A stretch of DNA of 64,000 nt. Source: an uncultured Gemmatimonadota bacterium (lineage in GTDB: Bacteria > Gemmatimonadota > Gemmatimonadetes > Palauibacterales > Palauibacteraceae). Made by a program: the position numbers and the translations under genes. Under the pieces are notes generated by a model. The model searched no databases. It was not told where the DNA came from and was given only the letters and a program-made list of their open reading frames with translations. The stretch spans positions 42,986-106,985 of the forward strand of contig CAZFDK010000004.1 in assembly GCA_964518305.1 (NCBI GenBank), given 5' to 3'. Of this stretch, positions 9,496 to 18,989 are shown in pieces (position 1 is the first letter of the stretch; each line of letters begins with the position of its first letter).

Positions 9496-10470
9496 ATGAT
9501 GGTGCTGGTCGGGGACATCGGTGCCACGACGTGTCGCCTCGCACTGGCTCGGCCCGGGAGAGAGGAGCTTCACCGGCTCGAGTCGCGCGCGGACTATCGC
9601 AGCTCCGACTACGGCGGTCTGGGAGAGGTGGTGGCCCGATACCTGGAGGAGATCGAGGAGCGGCCCGGGCGGGCAGCCTTCGGCGTGGCCGCGCCCGTCC
9701 GTTCGGGGCGCGCCCGGTTCGCGAACCTCCCGTGGGAGGTGTCGGAGGAGCATCTCTCACGGCGGATCGGAATCGAAGACATCCGGCTGCTGAATGACTT
9801 CGAGGCGCTCTGCCACGCGGTTCCTCTGCTCGGCGACGACGACCTCGTCGAGCTGCTGTCCGGGACCCCGGAGGGGGGCACGGTGGCGGTCCTGGGCGCC
9901 GGCACCGGACTGGGCCACGGCTTCGTCACCCGTTCCGGCCAGCGGGAGGAGGTGCACTCCTCGGAGGCGGGACACGTGGATTTCGCCCCCCGTACCCCGG
10001 TCCAGGAAGCACTGCTCCGGTGGCTCCGTGACCGGTACGGCCGCGCGTCCTGTGAGCGCGTGGTCTCCGGGCCGGGCCTCGTCGATATCTACCGCTTCCT
10101 GGTGGCGACCGACCGGGCCGAGGAGGACCCGCACACGGCCGCACGCATGGAGGGAGAGGACCCGGCTGCGGTCATCTCGACGCTGGGCATGGACGGCAGT
10201 GATCCGGCCTGTCGCCGGGCCCTCGATATCTTCGTATCGGCCTACGGCGCTCAGGCCGGCAATTTCGCCCTCGCCGTCCAGGCCACGGGAGGCGTCTTCC
10301 TGGGAGGCGGCATCGCACCGAAGATCCTTCCCGCCCTCCGCCGGGAGCGGTTCAGTCGCGCCTTCCTCGAGAAGGGGAAGTTGGCCTCCATGATGGAATC
10401 CATTCCGGTTCGGGCGATCACGGAGACGGACGCAGCGCTCCTCGGGGCGGCGCGGGCGGCCGTCCGGTGA
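9496..10470 (+). CDS. glk: Glucokinase
   Basis: GDIGAT, LLNDFEA, GAGTGLG, SEAGH, ERVVSGPGL, GGVFLGGGI. Confidence 0.92.
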   Translation: MMVLVGDIGATTCRLALARPGREELHRLESRADYRSSDYGGLGEVVARYLEEIEERPGRAAFGVAAPVRSGRARFANLPWEVSEEHLSRRIGIEDIRLLNDFEALCHAVPLLGDDDLVELLSGTPEGGTVAVLGAGTGLGHGFVTRSGQREEVHSSEAGHVDFAPRTPVQEALLRWLRDRYGRASCERVVSGPGLVDIYRFLVATDRAEEDPHTAARMEGEDPAAVISTLGMDGSDPACRRALDIFVSAYGAQAGNFALAVQATGGVFLGGGIAPKILPALRRERFSRAFLEKGKLASMMESIPVRAITETDAALLGAARAAVR

Positions 10471-10511
10471 GATCCGGCCCGACCCGGTCCGGACCTGGCG
10501 ACGGCGGCCCG

Positions 10512-11282
10512 CTACAGCTCGCGCCGGACGACGAGGACGGGCCTGTCGGTGCCGTCGGCGAGGCGGCGTGAAAAGTCGCCGAAGATCGTCTGGCGCACCG
10601 ATGGCTCGGTCTCGCCTATGACGACCACGTCGTGCTCCCGTGCGGCCTCCTCCACGACGCCTTCCGGGTCGTCGTCGACGGCGAGGCGCATCTCGATCCG
10701 GTCGCCGTCGACCCCCTCCTCCCGCACCAGCTCTCGCCTGAGCAGCTCCATCTCCCTGCGCGGTTCTTCCCTGTCTGCCTCTTCTTCCTCCTCGGCGTCC
10801 TCTTTCTCCGACGCGACGTAGAGGAGAGTCGCCCGGTACGTCCCGTTCTGCATCAGGCCGGCAAGAACGTTGATCACCCGCGTGGCCATGGGTCCGGGGC
10901 GCACGGCCGCGAGGATTCGCTCCAGGCTGTAGACGGGCTTCGCGAGGAGGATGGCGTGGCACCCCTGCTCCACGGCCGTCCGCTCGACGGCCTCGAGCCT
11001 GTCGGGCACGAACACCAGCTCCGACCCGACCTCGACCCCGGCCTCGGCGAAGGCAGCTGCCACTTCGTCCAGCGACGTCGAGGTCTCGGACTCGACTTGC
11101 TCGCGAGCCTGCTCGGGTGCTGTCTGCTCCGGCACGAGGTACGTGCCGAGGAGACAGACCTTCATCGGACGGTGCAGCTCGATCAGGAGCGGCGAGATCT
11201 GCTCCGGGTCGGGCACCTCCACCGAGACGAGCACCCTGAGCTTCTCGTCGTTTCCGGCGCTCTCCTCGTCGCCGATAATCAC
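10512..11282 (-). CDS. Universal stress protein-like (two USP-like halves), coupled to the APC transporter
   Basis: C-terminal DVVVIGE...IFGDFSRRLADGTDRPVLVVR USP signature; GTGA overlap with transporter stop. Confidence 0.75.
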   Translation of the reverse strand: MIIGDEESAGNDEKLRVLVSVEVPDPEQISPLLIELHRPMKVCLLGTYLVPEQTAPEQAREQVESETSTSLDEVAAAFAEAGVEVGSELVFVPDRLEAVERTAVEQGCHAILLAKPVYSLERILAAVRPGPMATRVINVLAGLMQNGTYRATLLYVASEKEDAEEEEEADREEPRREMELLRRELVREEGVDGDRIEMRLAVDDDPEGVVEEAAREHDVVVIGETEPSVRQTIFGDFSRRLADGTDRPVLVVRREL

Positions 11283-12718
11283 GTCTGCTCGCCTCCTCTG
11301 TTCTCGGGTAGTGCGTCCTCGAGCCCCGGGAAGTCCGAGGCCGCGCGGGACGCGTATCCAAGATACCAGGCCAGGCTGGCGGCGATCACGCCGCCTCCGA
11401 TCCAGACGGAAAGCGGCTGCATGAAGGCGATCAGGCCGAAGCTCGCCGCCGCCCCCAGGGCGGGAACCACCGGGTGTCCGGGACACTCGAAGTCGGGCCG
11501 ATAGCCGGCAGGCGACGCCCGTCGGACCCTGATCAGCACCAGGCAGACGAGGCCGTACATCACCAGATGGAGGAGGGACGCCACCTCCGCCAGGAGCTCG
11601 ACCCGTCCCAGGAGCACCAGGGCGGTGATGGGCGCGCCCGTCAGGAGAAGGGCGACGTGGGGCGTTCGAAACCGCTCGCTGATCCGGTCCAGACCGGGGG
11701 GCAACAGGCGATCTCGGCTCAGTGCGTAGAGGGTTCTCGAGGAGCTGAGGATCGACGCGTTGGCGCTCGACAGGGTGGCGAAGACGCCGGCTGCCAGCAG
11801 GGCCACCGCTCCGGCGGGCCCGAGAAGCTCACGTGCCACGCCGACGACGGCGACCTCCCCCAGCTCGGCCAGGCGCTGGCTGCCGAGAAGGCTGGTGGCC
11901 ACGAAGATCGTCAGAACATAGAGCGTGCCCACCACCAGGACGCTGCCCACCAGCGCCCGCGGCAGGTTGCGGGAGGGCTCGCGGATCTCGCCGGCCACCG
12001 TGGCTATCTGGGCGAATCCGAGATACGAGGTGAACACGAGGGCCGCGGTGGTGAAGACGGGCAGCGTGCCGAAGGGAGCGAACGCCTCGGGGATCCGTTC
12101 GGCGCCGAAGAGGCCGGTGGCGTCCATGCCTCCGTAGACCAGGAACACTCCGAGGATGACGCCGAGCGCGCCGACGATCACGTTCTGGAGATTACCGCTC
12201 TTGCGGGTGCCGGCAATGCTGATGCCGGTGAGAAGCGCCGCCGTGGCAGCCCCGACGATGGCCGTCGGCTCGCCCACGCCGACTCCGATCCTGTCGAGGG
12301 TGTCGCTGAGGTAATAACCGAAGCCGACCAGGTAGAAGGCGGCGGCGAACATGAGTCCGCACCACTGTCCGAGCCCCATCAGCGTGCCCGCGAGCGGTCC
12401 GAGTCCCCTGGAGATGAAGTGGTAGACGCCGCCGCTCTCCGGCATGGCCGTGGCCAGCTCCGCCGTGGGCAGGGCGACCAGCAGCGCGATGCCGGCACCG
12501 ATGGCGAAGGAGAGCGTGGAGGCGGGACCGGCCCTTCCGGCCGCCAGCCCGGGAAAGACGAAGATGCCCGCCCCGACCATGGTCCCGACACCGATGGCCA
12601 GTGCCTCCCTGAGGCCCAGTGAACGCTCCAGCCGGCGCTCCCGGACGCTGCTCGGATCGGCGGCATCGGTTCCGTTCGTCTCGCCTCCCGGCCCGGGAGG
12701 GGGGTCCGGACCCGTCAC
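11279..12718 (-). CDS. APC family amino acid permease (start approximate)
   Basis: LGLREALAIGVGTMVGAGIF, AELATAMPESGG, IATVAGEIREPSRNLP, SRDRLLP; about 12 TM. Confidence 0.9.
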   Translation of the reverse strand: MTGPDPPPGPGGETNGTDAADPSSVRERRLERSLGLREALAIGVGTMVGAGIFVFPGLAAGRAGPASTLSFAIGAGIALLVALPTAELATAMPESGGVYHFISRGLGPLAGTLMGLGQWCGLMFAAAFYLVGFGYYLSDTLDRIGVGVGEPTAIVGAATAALLTGISIAGTRKSGNLQNVIVGALGVILGVFLVYGGMDATGLFGAERIPEAFAPFGTLPVFTTAALVFTSYLGFAQIATVAGEIREPSRNLPRALVGSVLVVGTLYVLTIFVATSLLGSQRLAELGEVAVVGVARELLGPAGAVALLAAGVFATLSSANASILSSSRTLYALSRDRLLPPGLDRISERFRTPHVALLLTGAPITALVLLGRVELLAEVASLLHLVMYGLVCLVLIRVRRASPAGYRPDFECPGHPVVPALGAAASFGLIAFMQPLSVWIGGGVIAASLAWYLGYASRAASDFPGLEDALPENRGGEQT

Positions 12719-12761
12719 GGCCGCAGGGGCGGTGAGGCCGCCGCCACGGCGCTGGCCGGGC

Positions 12762-12853
12762 GCGGTGACCTTCCCCACATATCCGGGGACGCCTCCCCCA
12801 CTCGCGGCGAGGAGACGTCCCCGACATCGCGACGTCCCGCGTTCGTCCACCCT
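12762..12853 (+). promoter_or_regulatory. Phased-box promoter of the dodecin-PRT(-otsA) unit
   Basis: Box ends CCCACA (12774-79), CCCACT (12797-802), CCCGAC (12820-25), each 23 bp apart; CACCCT at 12848-53; gaps 45 and 22 nt. Confidence 0.65.
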
Positions 12854-12934
12854 TCAGGCTGCACAGGTGAGCAGTGACGGCAGCCGATTGCGCCGGCACG
12901 CGCCGCAGTCTCTACCCGAACCGGGAGCAGCACC

Positions 12935-13147
12935 ATGACCAGCATCGCAAAGTGCATCGAGATCATAAGCGAATCGGAGGACAGCTTCGACGACGCCGTC
13001 GACAACGCCGTCGCGGAGGCGTCGAAGACGGTGAGCAACATCAAGTCGCTCTGGGTCGAGAATATGAGCGTGACGGTCGAGGACGAGGAGATCCAGAAGT
13101 ACCGGGTGAACGCCAAGGTCACGTTCCTGGTCGAGGGCCACGAGTGA
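12935..13147 (+). CDS. Dodecin family flavin-binding protein
   Basis: 70 aa; AKCIEIISESEDSFDDAVDNAVAEASKT...YRVNAKVTF. Confidence 0.9.
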   Translation: MTSIAKCIEIISESEDSFDDAVDNAVAEASKTVSNIKSLWVENMSVTVEDEEIQKYRVNAKVTFLVEGHE

Positions 13148-13857
13148 GGGCCGGTCCCGGATCGGACACCAGCGGGAGTTCCGGGGACGCAGAACCGTTC
13201 GGGGATCGCGTCGAAGCCGGGCGACAGCTCGGCCGCCGCCTGCGGGAGGAGTACGGAGAGCGCGGCGACCTGCTGGTACTGGGGCTACCCCGGGGGGGCG
13301 TGCCCGTGGCACGGGAGGTGGCCCGGGCCCTCGGCGCGCCCCTGGACGTGCTCGTGGTCCGCAAGCTCGGCGTGCCGAGCCAGCCGGAGCTGGCGTTCGG
13401 AGCCATCGCAACGGGCGGGGAGCGGTACCTGGATCGGGACATGGTCGGCAGGCTGGGGCTGTCCGGAGAACAGGTGGACGAAGTCGTCGCCCGGGAACGG
13501 GAGGAACTCCGCCGCAGGGAGGAGGAGTACCGTGGCGGCGCGGGTGATCTCCGAGTGGCGGGAAGGACGGTGCTCGTGGTCGACGACGGAGTGGCCACGG
13601 GGGCGACCCTGCAGGCCGCGCTCCGGGTCCTTCGAGAGGCCGACGCCGGGAGAGTCGTCGCCGCCGTGCCGGTGGCTCCCGCCGAATCCCTGGAGCAGCT
13701 GGAGGAGGACGCCGACGACGTGGTCTGTCTCCGCACGCCCGAGCCGTTCGTCGCCATCAGCCCGCACTACCGGAGCTTCCCGCAGACGACGGACGACGAG
13801 GTGCGCAGGCTCCTGGCGGAGACGCCGGGAACGGCGGATCCGGGAAGCGAGCACTGA
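13144..13857 (+). CDS. Phosphoribosyltransferase family protein (Rv0571c/Rv2030c N-domain type)
   Basis: DRVEAGRQL, LGLPRGGVPVA, VRKLGVP, PRPP loop VVDDGVATGAT; GTGA overlap with dodecin. Confidence 0.88.
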   Translation: MRAGPGSDTSGSSGDAEPFGDRVEAGRQLGRRLREEYGERGDLLVLGLPRGGVPVAREVARALGAPLDVLVVRKLGVPSQPELAFGAIATGGERYLDRDMVGRLGLSGEQVDEVVAREREELRRREEEYRGGAGDLRVAGRTVLVVDDGVATGATLQAALRVLREADAGRVVAAVPVAPAESLEQLEEDADDVVCLRTPEPFVAISPHYRSFPQTTDDEVRRLLAETPGTADPGSEH

Positions 13858-13964
13858 CAGCGGTGGGAGGCGTGATCCCGTGACCGTATCCCGACATGTT
13901 ATACGGTGGGCGGGACGTGACTGCTCGCCGACTCGCTGTTCCGCGATCGAACATCCCGCGTGAA

Positions 13965-15476
13965 ATGATGGTCGACGTTCCGGGCGATCGGCTGGTCGTG
14001 GCTTCGAACAGGTTGCCGATCGACCTCGAGCGCACGGCGGACGGCGAATGGACCGCCGAGCCCGGGTCCGGCGGACTGGTCACCGCTCTCAGCCCGGTGC
14101 TGGAGCAGACCGCCGGCCTGTGGGTCGGGTGGCCGGGTACCGTATCGGCCGATCCGATCCCCGCGGTACGGCGGGCCCTGCAGCGTCTCTCGGAGCAGAC
14201 CAGCTACGAGCTGGCTCCGGTCTGGATGAGCGAGCGGGAGCGGGACGCCTACTACTACGGGTTCTCGAACGAGGTCCTGTGGCCGCTGCTGCACGACCTC
14301 CAGGGCCGCTACCACTTCGACCCCGACTACTGGACGGCCTACCGGGACGTCAACAGACGGTTCGCGGAGACCCTGGCCGGCGTCCTGACGTCGGACGATT
14401 ACCTCTGGGTGCACGACTACCACCTGATGCGGGTCGCGGCCGAGCTCCGGGACATCGGCGTGTCGGCGCCGACGGGCTATTTCCTCCACACGTCGTTCCC
14501 CGCGCCGGACCTGTACGTCAAGCTACCGTGGCGATACGAGCTTCTCCAGTCTCTCCTCCAGTACGATCTCATCGGCTTCCAGACGCTCCGGGACCGCCAG
14601 AACTTCCTGGATTGTGTGCGGAAGTTCCTGCCCGGGACGGCCATAGAGGGCACCGGGTCGGTCGTGACGGGCCACCGGAACGAGCGGTCGGTGCGGGTCG
14701 GGGCGTTCCCCATAAGCATCGATGTCGACGAGTTCGTGGACGTCGCCGGAAGCCGGGAAGTCGAGGAGCACAGGCAGCGCATCCGCCGGAATCTTCCCGA
14801 TCGCGAGATCCTGCTGAGCGTCTCGCGACTCGACTACACCAAGGGAATACCGGAGCAGCTCGAGGCCTTCCGCGCCGCGCTGGAGCGCCACCCGGATCTC
14901 CGGGGCAGCGTGAGCCTGGTGGCGGTCGTCGTGCCGAGCCGGGAGGGAATTCCCGAGTACTCGGACCTGAAGTCGGACGTCGAGATCCTCGTCGGGGAGA
15001 TAAACGGCCGCTTCGCCGAGGGAGGATGGGTGCCGGTGCACTACATGTATCGTTCGCTCTCCCGGCCCGAGCTCGTCGCCTACTACCGGAGCGCCGCCGC
15101 CATGCTCGTCGCCCCGCTCAAGGACGGGATGAACCTCGTGGCCAAGGAGTACTGCGCCGTCCAGGAGGAGGGGGAGGGCGCGCTCCTGTTGAGCGAATTC
15201 GCCGGAGCCGCCGCCCAGCTCCAGGACGGCGCGATCCTGGTGAACCCGTACGACGTGGTCCGGACCGCCGACGCCATCCACACGGCGCTGACCATGGACG
15301 CAGGCGAGCGCCGTCGGCGGATGGGGCACCTGCGATCGGAGATCGAGGCGCAGGACATCTACTGGTGGGTCGAGAACTTCTTCCGGGCCGCAGGGGCCGA
15401 CACCCTGGCGGGATTTCCCAGTCTCCGTGAGTACCGGCCCTGGGGCCGGGGCCGCATGGAGCCGCGGGGCGGTTGA
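13965..15476 (+). CDS. otsA: Trehalose-6-phosphate synthase
   Basis: VASNRLP, GGLVTAL, WVGWPG, WVHDYHL, FLHTSFP, RLDYTKG, DGMNLVAKEY, LLSEFAGAA, VNPYD. Confidence 0.93.
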   Translation: MMVDVPGDRLVVASNRLPIDLERTADGEWTAEPGSGGLVTALSPVLEQTAGLWVGWPGTVSADPIPAVRRALQRLSEQTSYELAPVWMSERERDAYYYGFSNEVLWPLLHDLQGRYHFDPDYWTAYRDVNRRFAETLAGVLTSDDYLWVHDYHLMRVAAELRDIGVSAPTGYFLHTSFPAPDLYVKLPWRYELLQSLLQYDLIGFQTLRDRQNFLDCVRKFLPGTAIEGTGSVVTGHRNERSVRVGAFPISIDVDEFVDVAGSREVEEHRQRIRRNLPDREILLSVSRLDYTKGIPEQLEAFRAALERHPDLRGSVSLVAVVVPSREGIPEYSDLKSDVEILVGEINGRFAEGGWVPVHYMYRSLSRPELVAYYRSAAAMLVAPLKDGMNLVAKEYCAVQEEGEGALLLSEFAGAAAQLQDGAILVNPYDVVRTADAIHTALTMDAGERRRRMGHLRSEIEAQDIYWWVENFFRAAGADTLAGFPSLREYRPWGRGRMEPRGG

Positions 15477-15492
15477 CCCGTCGGAACGCGCC

Positions 15493-15561
15493 GTCCGAAG
15501 ATCTCCCACAGGCCACGGGGAGGGGTCCCCCACGGATCGTCAACGCCCGGAAGGGTATTCT
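15493..15561 (+). promoter_or_regulatory. Phased-box promoter of the small membrane-anchored protein
   Basis: GTCCGA-AGATCT-CCCACA (15493-510) and box ending CCCACG (15534); TATTCT at 15556-61; gaps 45 and 21 nt. Confidence 0.65.
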
Positions 15562-15613
15562 TGGACGAGATCGCCAGGCGAGGGCCTTCAGCCACGGACG
15601 GAGGTGAACGAAG

Positions 15614-15841
15614 ATGAACATGTCGGACAAATCCCTGCTCTTCCTGGCCGGAGCGGGCCTGGGCGGGCTCCTCGGGGGATACCTGGTGCTGCGGAGGAAT
15701 CGGGAGAAGATCGAGAGGGCGGCCCGCACGACGCGAGAGGTCGCGGATCAGGCGGAACGCGTGGCGGCGGCCCTGGAGCAGCTGAGCGCCGCCCTGGGCG
15801 TTCCGGAGGAAGCCGACGAGCTGGAGGAGGCGGAGGCCTGA
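15614..15841 (+). CDS. Small protein with N-terminal TM and coiled coil (YtxH-like)
   Basis: LLFLAGAGLGGLLGGYLVL followed by charged heptads; GGAGGTG SD. Confidence 0.7.
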   Translation: MNMSDKSLLFLAGAGLGGLLGGYLVLRRNREKIERAARTTREVADQAERVAAALEQLSAALGVPEEADELEEAEA

Positions 15842-15888
15842 CGGCTCCGGGCAGCCGCCGTCCGTCGGCGGCACCTCTCTCCAGCGGC

Positions 15889-16635
15889 TCAGGGCCTGTG
15901 GCCGAGGGGCATGAGCCCCAGGGGAGCGTGATCGTCGGGGAGGGCCAGAACGTCCCGGACTCGCCCGTCGCGAAAGGCCCCGACCAGCACGGTGGCCAGG
16001 CCGAGGGCCTCGGCCTGCAGGTAGACGTTCTCGGCGGCGGCGCCGACTTCCATGTGTACATAGCGGTCTGCGCGACCGCCGTATCGACGCTCCGTGCGCT
16101 CGTAGACCGCGGCGATGACCACGACCGCCGGTGCCGATCGAATCCAGCTCTGGTTCAGGGCCGCCCGCGCCAGCTCGCCCCGGTGGTCACCGTCCGTGGC
16201 ACGCACGAGTTCGTGCCCGGCGGGCCGATACCGGTAGACTCCGCTCGTCAGTTCGCTCACCTCGCCTGCAGCGACGTACACCTCCAGGGGATAGAGGGCC
16301 CCGGCGGAGGGAGCGGCCCGGAGATCCCGTCGGGGCTCGGTGATGCCCTGGGCGGCCCACAGGATCTGGCCGAGGTCGTCCAGCGAGAGGGGCCGGTCGC
16401 CGTAGTCCCGCCGGGAGCGGCGATCCTCGATCGCCGCTTCCGTGGACAGGTCTCCCGTCCGCTCCGGCTCGGGGAGCTCCACCACGTCACTTACCTCCTG
16501 AGCCGAGGCGGACCCGGGCACCGTCCAGGCGCACGCGAGCGCCGACGCCAAAGCCGCGCAGACAGCCGCGCCCCGCAGCGATCGATCAGCGAGCGGACGC
16601 GGTGCCGCTGCACGACGTTTGCCCTCCGCGGTCAT
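15889..16635 (-). CDS. SagB/ThcOx-family nitroreductase-like protein with N-terminal signal-like extension
   Basis: IEDRRSRRDY, LWAAQGIT, RAAPSAGALYPLEVY, ENVYLQAEALGL, GAFRD. Confidence 0.85.
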   Translation of the reverse strand: MTAEGKRRAAAPRPLADRSLRGAAVCAALASALACAWTVPGSASAQEVSDVVELPEPERTGDLSTEAAIEDRRSRRDYGDRPLSLDDLGQILWAAQGITEPRRDLRAAPSAGALYPLEVYVAAGEVSELTSGVYRYRPAGHELVRATDGDHRGELARAALNQSWIRSAPAVVVIAAVYERTERRYGGRADRYVHMEVGAAAENVYLQAEALGLATVLVGAFRDGRVRDVLALPDDHAPLGLMPLGHRP

Positions 16636-16889
16636 CGCGAATCATCCTCGTCTGCGGCTCGTGATGGACATCCCGGCTCCGCCCCGGACGGCATGCGAGC
16701 ACTCGGCCGGCGGTTTCCGACCATGGAAGAGGCAATAGAAGAGGCACCGGGCAGATACACCGCAACGGTGTGCGAGGGCGAGCCGGGTCTCCGGCCGACC
16801 GGAAGCCGCGGCTGCAGCGGCGACGGCGGGACCTCGAGATCCGAAGCGGACGCTGTGTCCGGGAGCCGATTCCGCAGGGAGGTCCAGTG

Positions 16890-17795
16890 ATGAGCTTTCT
16901 CTCCGAGTCAGGACCGATTCTCCATCCGACGGATTTCTCCGAGCCTGCGCTGGCCGCCCACCCGTACTCGGTCTACCTGGCGGGTCTGCTGGACGCCGAT
17001 CTGCATCTCGTGCACGTAGAAGAGGACGGCGATGGGAGCGGCGATTCCGGCTTTCCCGTCCCGACCGGCACGTGGTCCGAGGTACGCGAGTGGCTCGTCG
17101 GAAGCGCTGCCGCACGGGGACGGGAGCCCGGAGAAGTGGAGGCTCCGGAGGTCCGGCGAGAGACCCTTCGCGGTGACGAGCCGGCAAACGTCATCCTCTC
17201 CTACGCGGCGGACGTGGGGGCGGGAGCCATCTGCGTGGGCACGCACGGTCGCGGCGGACTCGGTCGACTCGTGCTCGGAAGCGTCACCGAGGAGGTGATC
17301 CGAAAGGCGGGCTCTCCGGTGATGACCGTCCGTCCGGAAATGCGCGGCTGGGGAGACAACGGTCCGCGCCGCTTCCTGGTCGGCGCCGACCTCTCCTCCA
17401 TGATGAAGCCGGCCCTGGCCTGGGCGGGCGTGCTGGCGGCCGCGACAGGAGCGGATCTCACCGCCGCGTACGTCGTCACCAGTCATGCAGGGGCTGCGCA
17501 GCACGATCAGCTGCAGCAGATCCACGCTGCCTTCCGGGACCTGGACATCGAGGGGGTGGAGCTGGACGCGCAGCTCCTGGTCGGCGACCCGGAGGTCCAG
17601 ATGCGAGACCTGGCGAAGGAGCAGCAGATGGACCTGGTCGTGACGGCGACCCACGGCCGGTCGGGGACGTCCCGGCTGGTGATCGGAAGCGTGACGGAGT
17701 CGCTCGTCCGGCGGGCGCCGTGTCCGGTGCTGAGCGTATCGGAGCCGCCGCCCGGTCTCCGTGGCCGTGCTCCGGAGGGGGACGTCGGCGCCTGA
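16890..17795 (+). CDS. Tandem universal stress protein
   Basis: PTDFS, GTHGRGGLGRLVLGSVTEEVIR, THGRSGTSRLVIGSVTESLVRRAPCPVL; GGAGG SD. Confidence 0.92.
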   Translation: MSFLSESGPILHPTDFSEPALAAHPYSVYLAGLLDADLHLVHVEEDGDGSGDSGFPVPTGTWSEVREWLVGSAAARGREPGEVEAPEVRRETLRGDEPANVILSYAADVGAGAICVGTHGRGGLGRLVLGSVTEEVIRKAGSPVMTVRPEMRGWGDNGPRRFLVGADLSSMMKPALAWAGVLAAATGADLTAAYVVTSHAGAAQHDQLQQIHAAFRDLDIEGVELDAQLLVGDPEVQMRDLAKEQQMDLVVTATHGRSGTSRLVIGSVTESLVRRAPCPVLSVSEPPPGLRGRAPEGDVGA

Positions 17796-17888
17796 GGTCC
17801 AGGGGCCGGCGGAGTCTATTCGGCGCCGACGCCCGCGATGCCGGTAAGGGCCGGTCAGGGGAGGTCGGTAGGAAGTATCACGACGGTC

Positions 17889-17958
17889 GGAGGGGAAGAT
17901 CCCGACCGATCCGGTGCACCAGGTCCGGACAGCCAGGCGGGGTGAAACGTGCTATCCT
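17889..17958 (+). promoter_or_regulatory. Phased-box promoter of hsp20
   Basis: GGAGGG-GAAGAT-CCCGAC (17889-906), GGTGCA-CCAGGT-CCGGAC (17913-30); extended -10 TGcTATCCT with hexamer at 17953-58; gaps 46 and 22 nt. Confidence 0.7.
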
Positions 17959-18038
17959 GAAATCGAACGATGCAGGGTAGCCCGACCGGCTCGCCCTTCC
18001 CTGCGAGACGACACGATCTCATCACGAGGAGGAAAACC

Positions 18039-18482
18039 ATGTCCCCCCTGCTGTCCCGACGACGAGGCTTCGCCCCCTGGCGCGAGCTCGAGGACCTCGA
18101 GAACCGGCTGATGCGTCTCACCGGCGATTTCGGTGAGGGCGAGGCCGTGACGGCCTGGAGGCCGGCGGTCGACCTCACCGAGTCGGACGACGAGTTCCGT
18201 CTCACCGCCGAGTTCCCCGGCATGTCGGCAGACGACATCGAGGTGGAGGTCCAGGAGGGCGACCTCATCATCCACGGCGAGAAGGAGATGGAGGAGGAGA
18301 AGGAAGAAGAGGACCTCCACGTCACGGAGCGATCCTACGGCGAGTTCTACCGCCGGTTCACGCTCCCCAGCTCCGTGGACGCCCGGAACATCAGCGCCGA
18401 GATGAAGGACGGCGTGCTCGACGTGCGGCTGCCCAAGACCGAAAAGGAAGCCGGGCGCAAGATCCAGATCAGCGGAAGCTGA
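18039..18482 (+). CDS. Hsp20/alpha-crystallin small heat shock protein
   Basis: [39 protein letters not shown]; GGAGG SD. Confidence 0.95.
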   Translation: MSPLLSRRRGFAPWRELEDLENRLMRLTGDFGEGEAVTAWRPAVDLTESDDEFRLTAEFPGMSADDIEVEVQEGDLIIHGEKEMEEEKEEEDLHVTERSYGEFYRRFTLPSSVDARNISAEMKDGVLDVRLPKTEKEAGRKIQISGS

Positions 18483-18989
18483 CTCCGGGCGGACGGCGAG
18501 GACCGCGTCCAGCAGTGGCTGCGCCTCCATTTCGGCATGACGGGGGCGCTCAGCTACTACCGGCTCGGAGGCGAGCCGGATCACACCCGGCTCCGGATCG
18601 ACTTCGAGGACGGCTTTCACCTGGCGTTCCAGAACACCCGCAAGCTGGGGATGATCGACCTGCTGGAGGATCCGGACCGCTGGATACGCGAGGCGGGGCT
18701 CGGCCCCGATGCGTTGAGGGTGGGGCGGGAGCGCTTCCGGAGCCTGTTCGCCGGGAGGCGGGGACTGATCAAGAGCCTCCTCATGAACCAGCGAATCCTG
18801 GCCGGGCTGGGCAACGTGTACGCGGACGAGGTCCTCTTCCAGGCCCGCCTCCACCCCCGCACGCCGGCCGCGGATCTCGGGCGGGGAGTCCTGGACGACC
18901 TGCACGAGCTCACGGTGTGCATTCTCGAGGCAGGCGTCCGGTCGCGGGCCGAGCCGGCCCGCCCGGAGCCCAACGACGAGGAGAGATGA
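18483..18989 (+). pseudogene. Fpg/Nei DNA glycosylase fragment (core and H2TH only)
   Basis: [50 protein letters not shown]; lacks the catalytic N-terminal PE motif and C-terminal zinc finger; frame begins right after the hsp20 stop. Confidence 0.75.

Noticed and set aside
18480-18482. Programmed read-through or selenocysteine at the hsp20 TGA giving an Hsp20-Fpg fusion
   Set aside because: Hsp20 is complete at the stop, no SECIS-like hairpin was recognised, and the fragment is truncated at both ends. A deletion scar is simpler.
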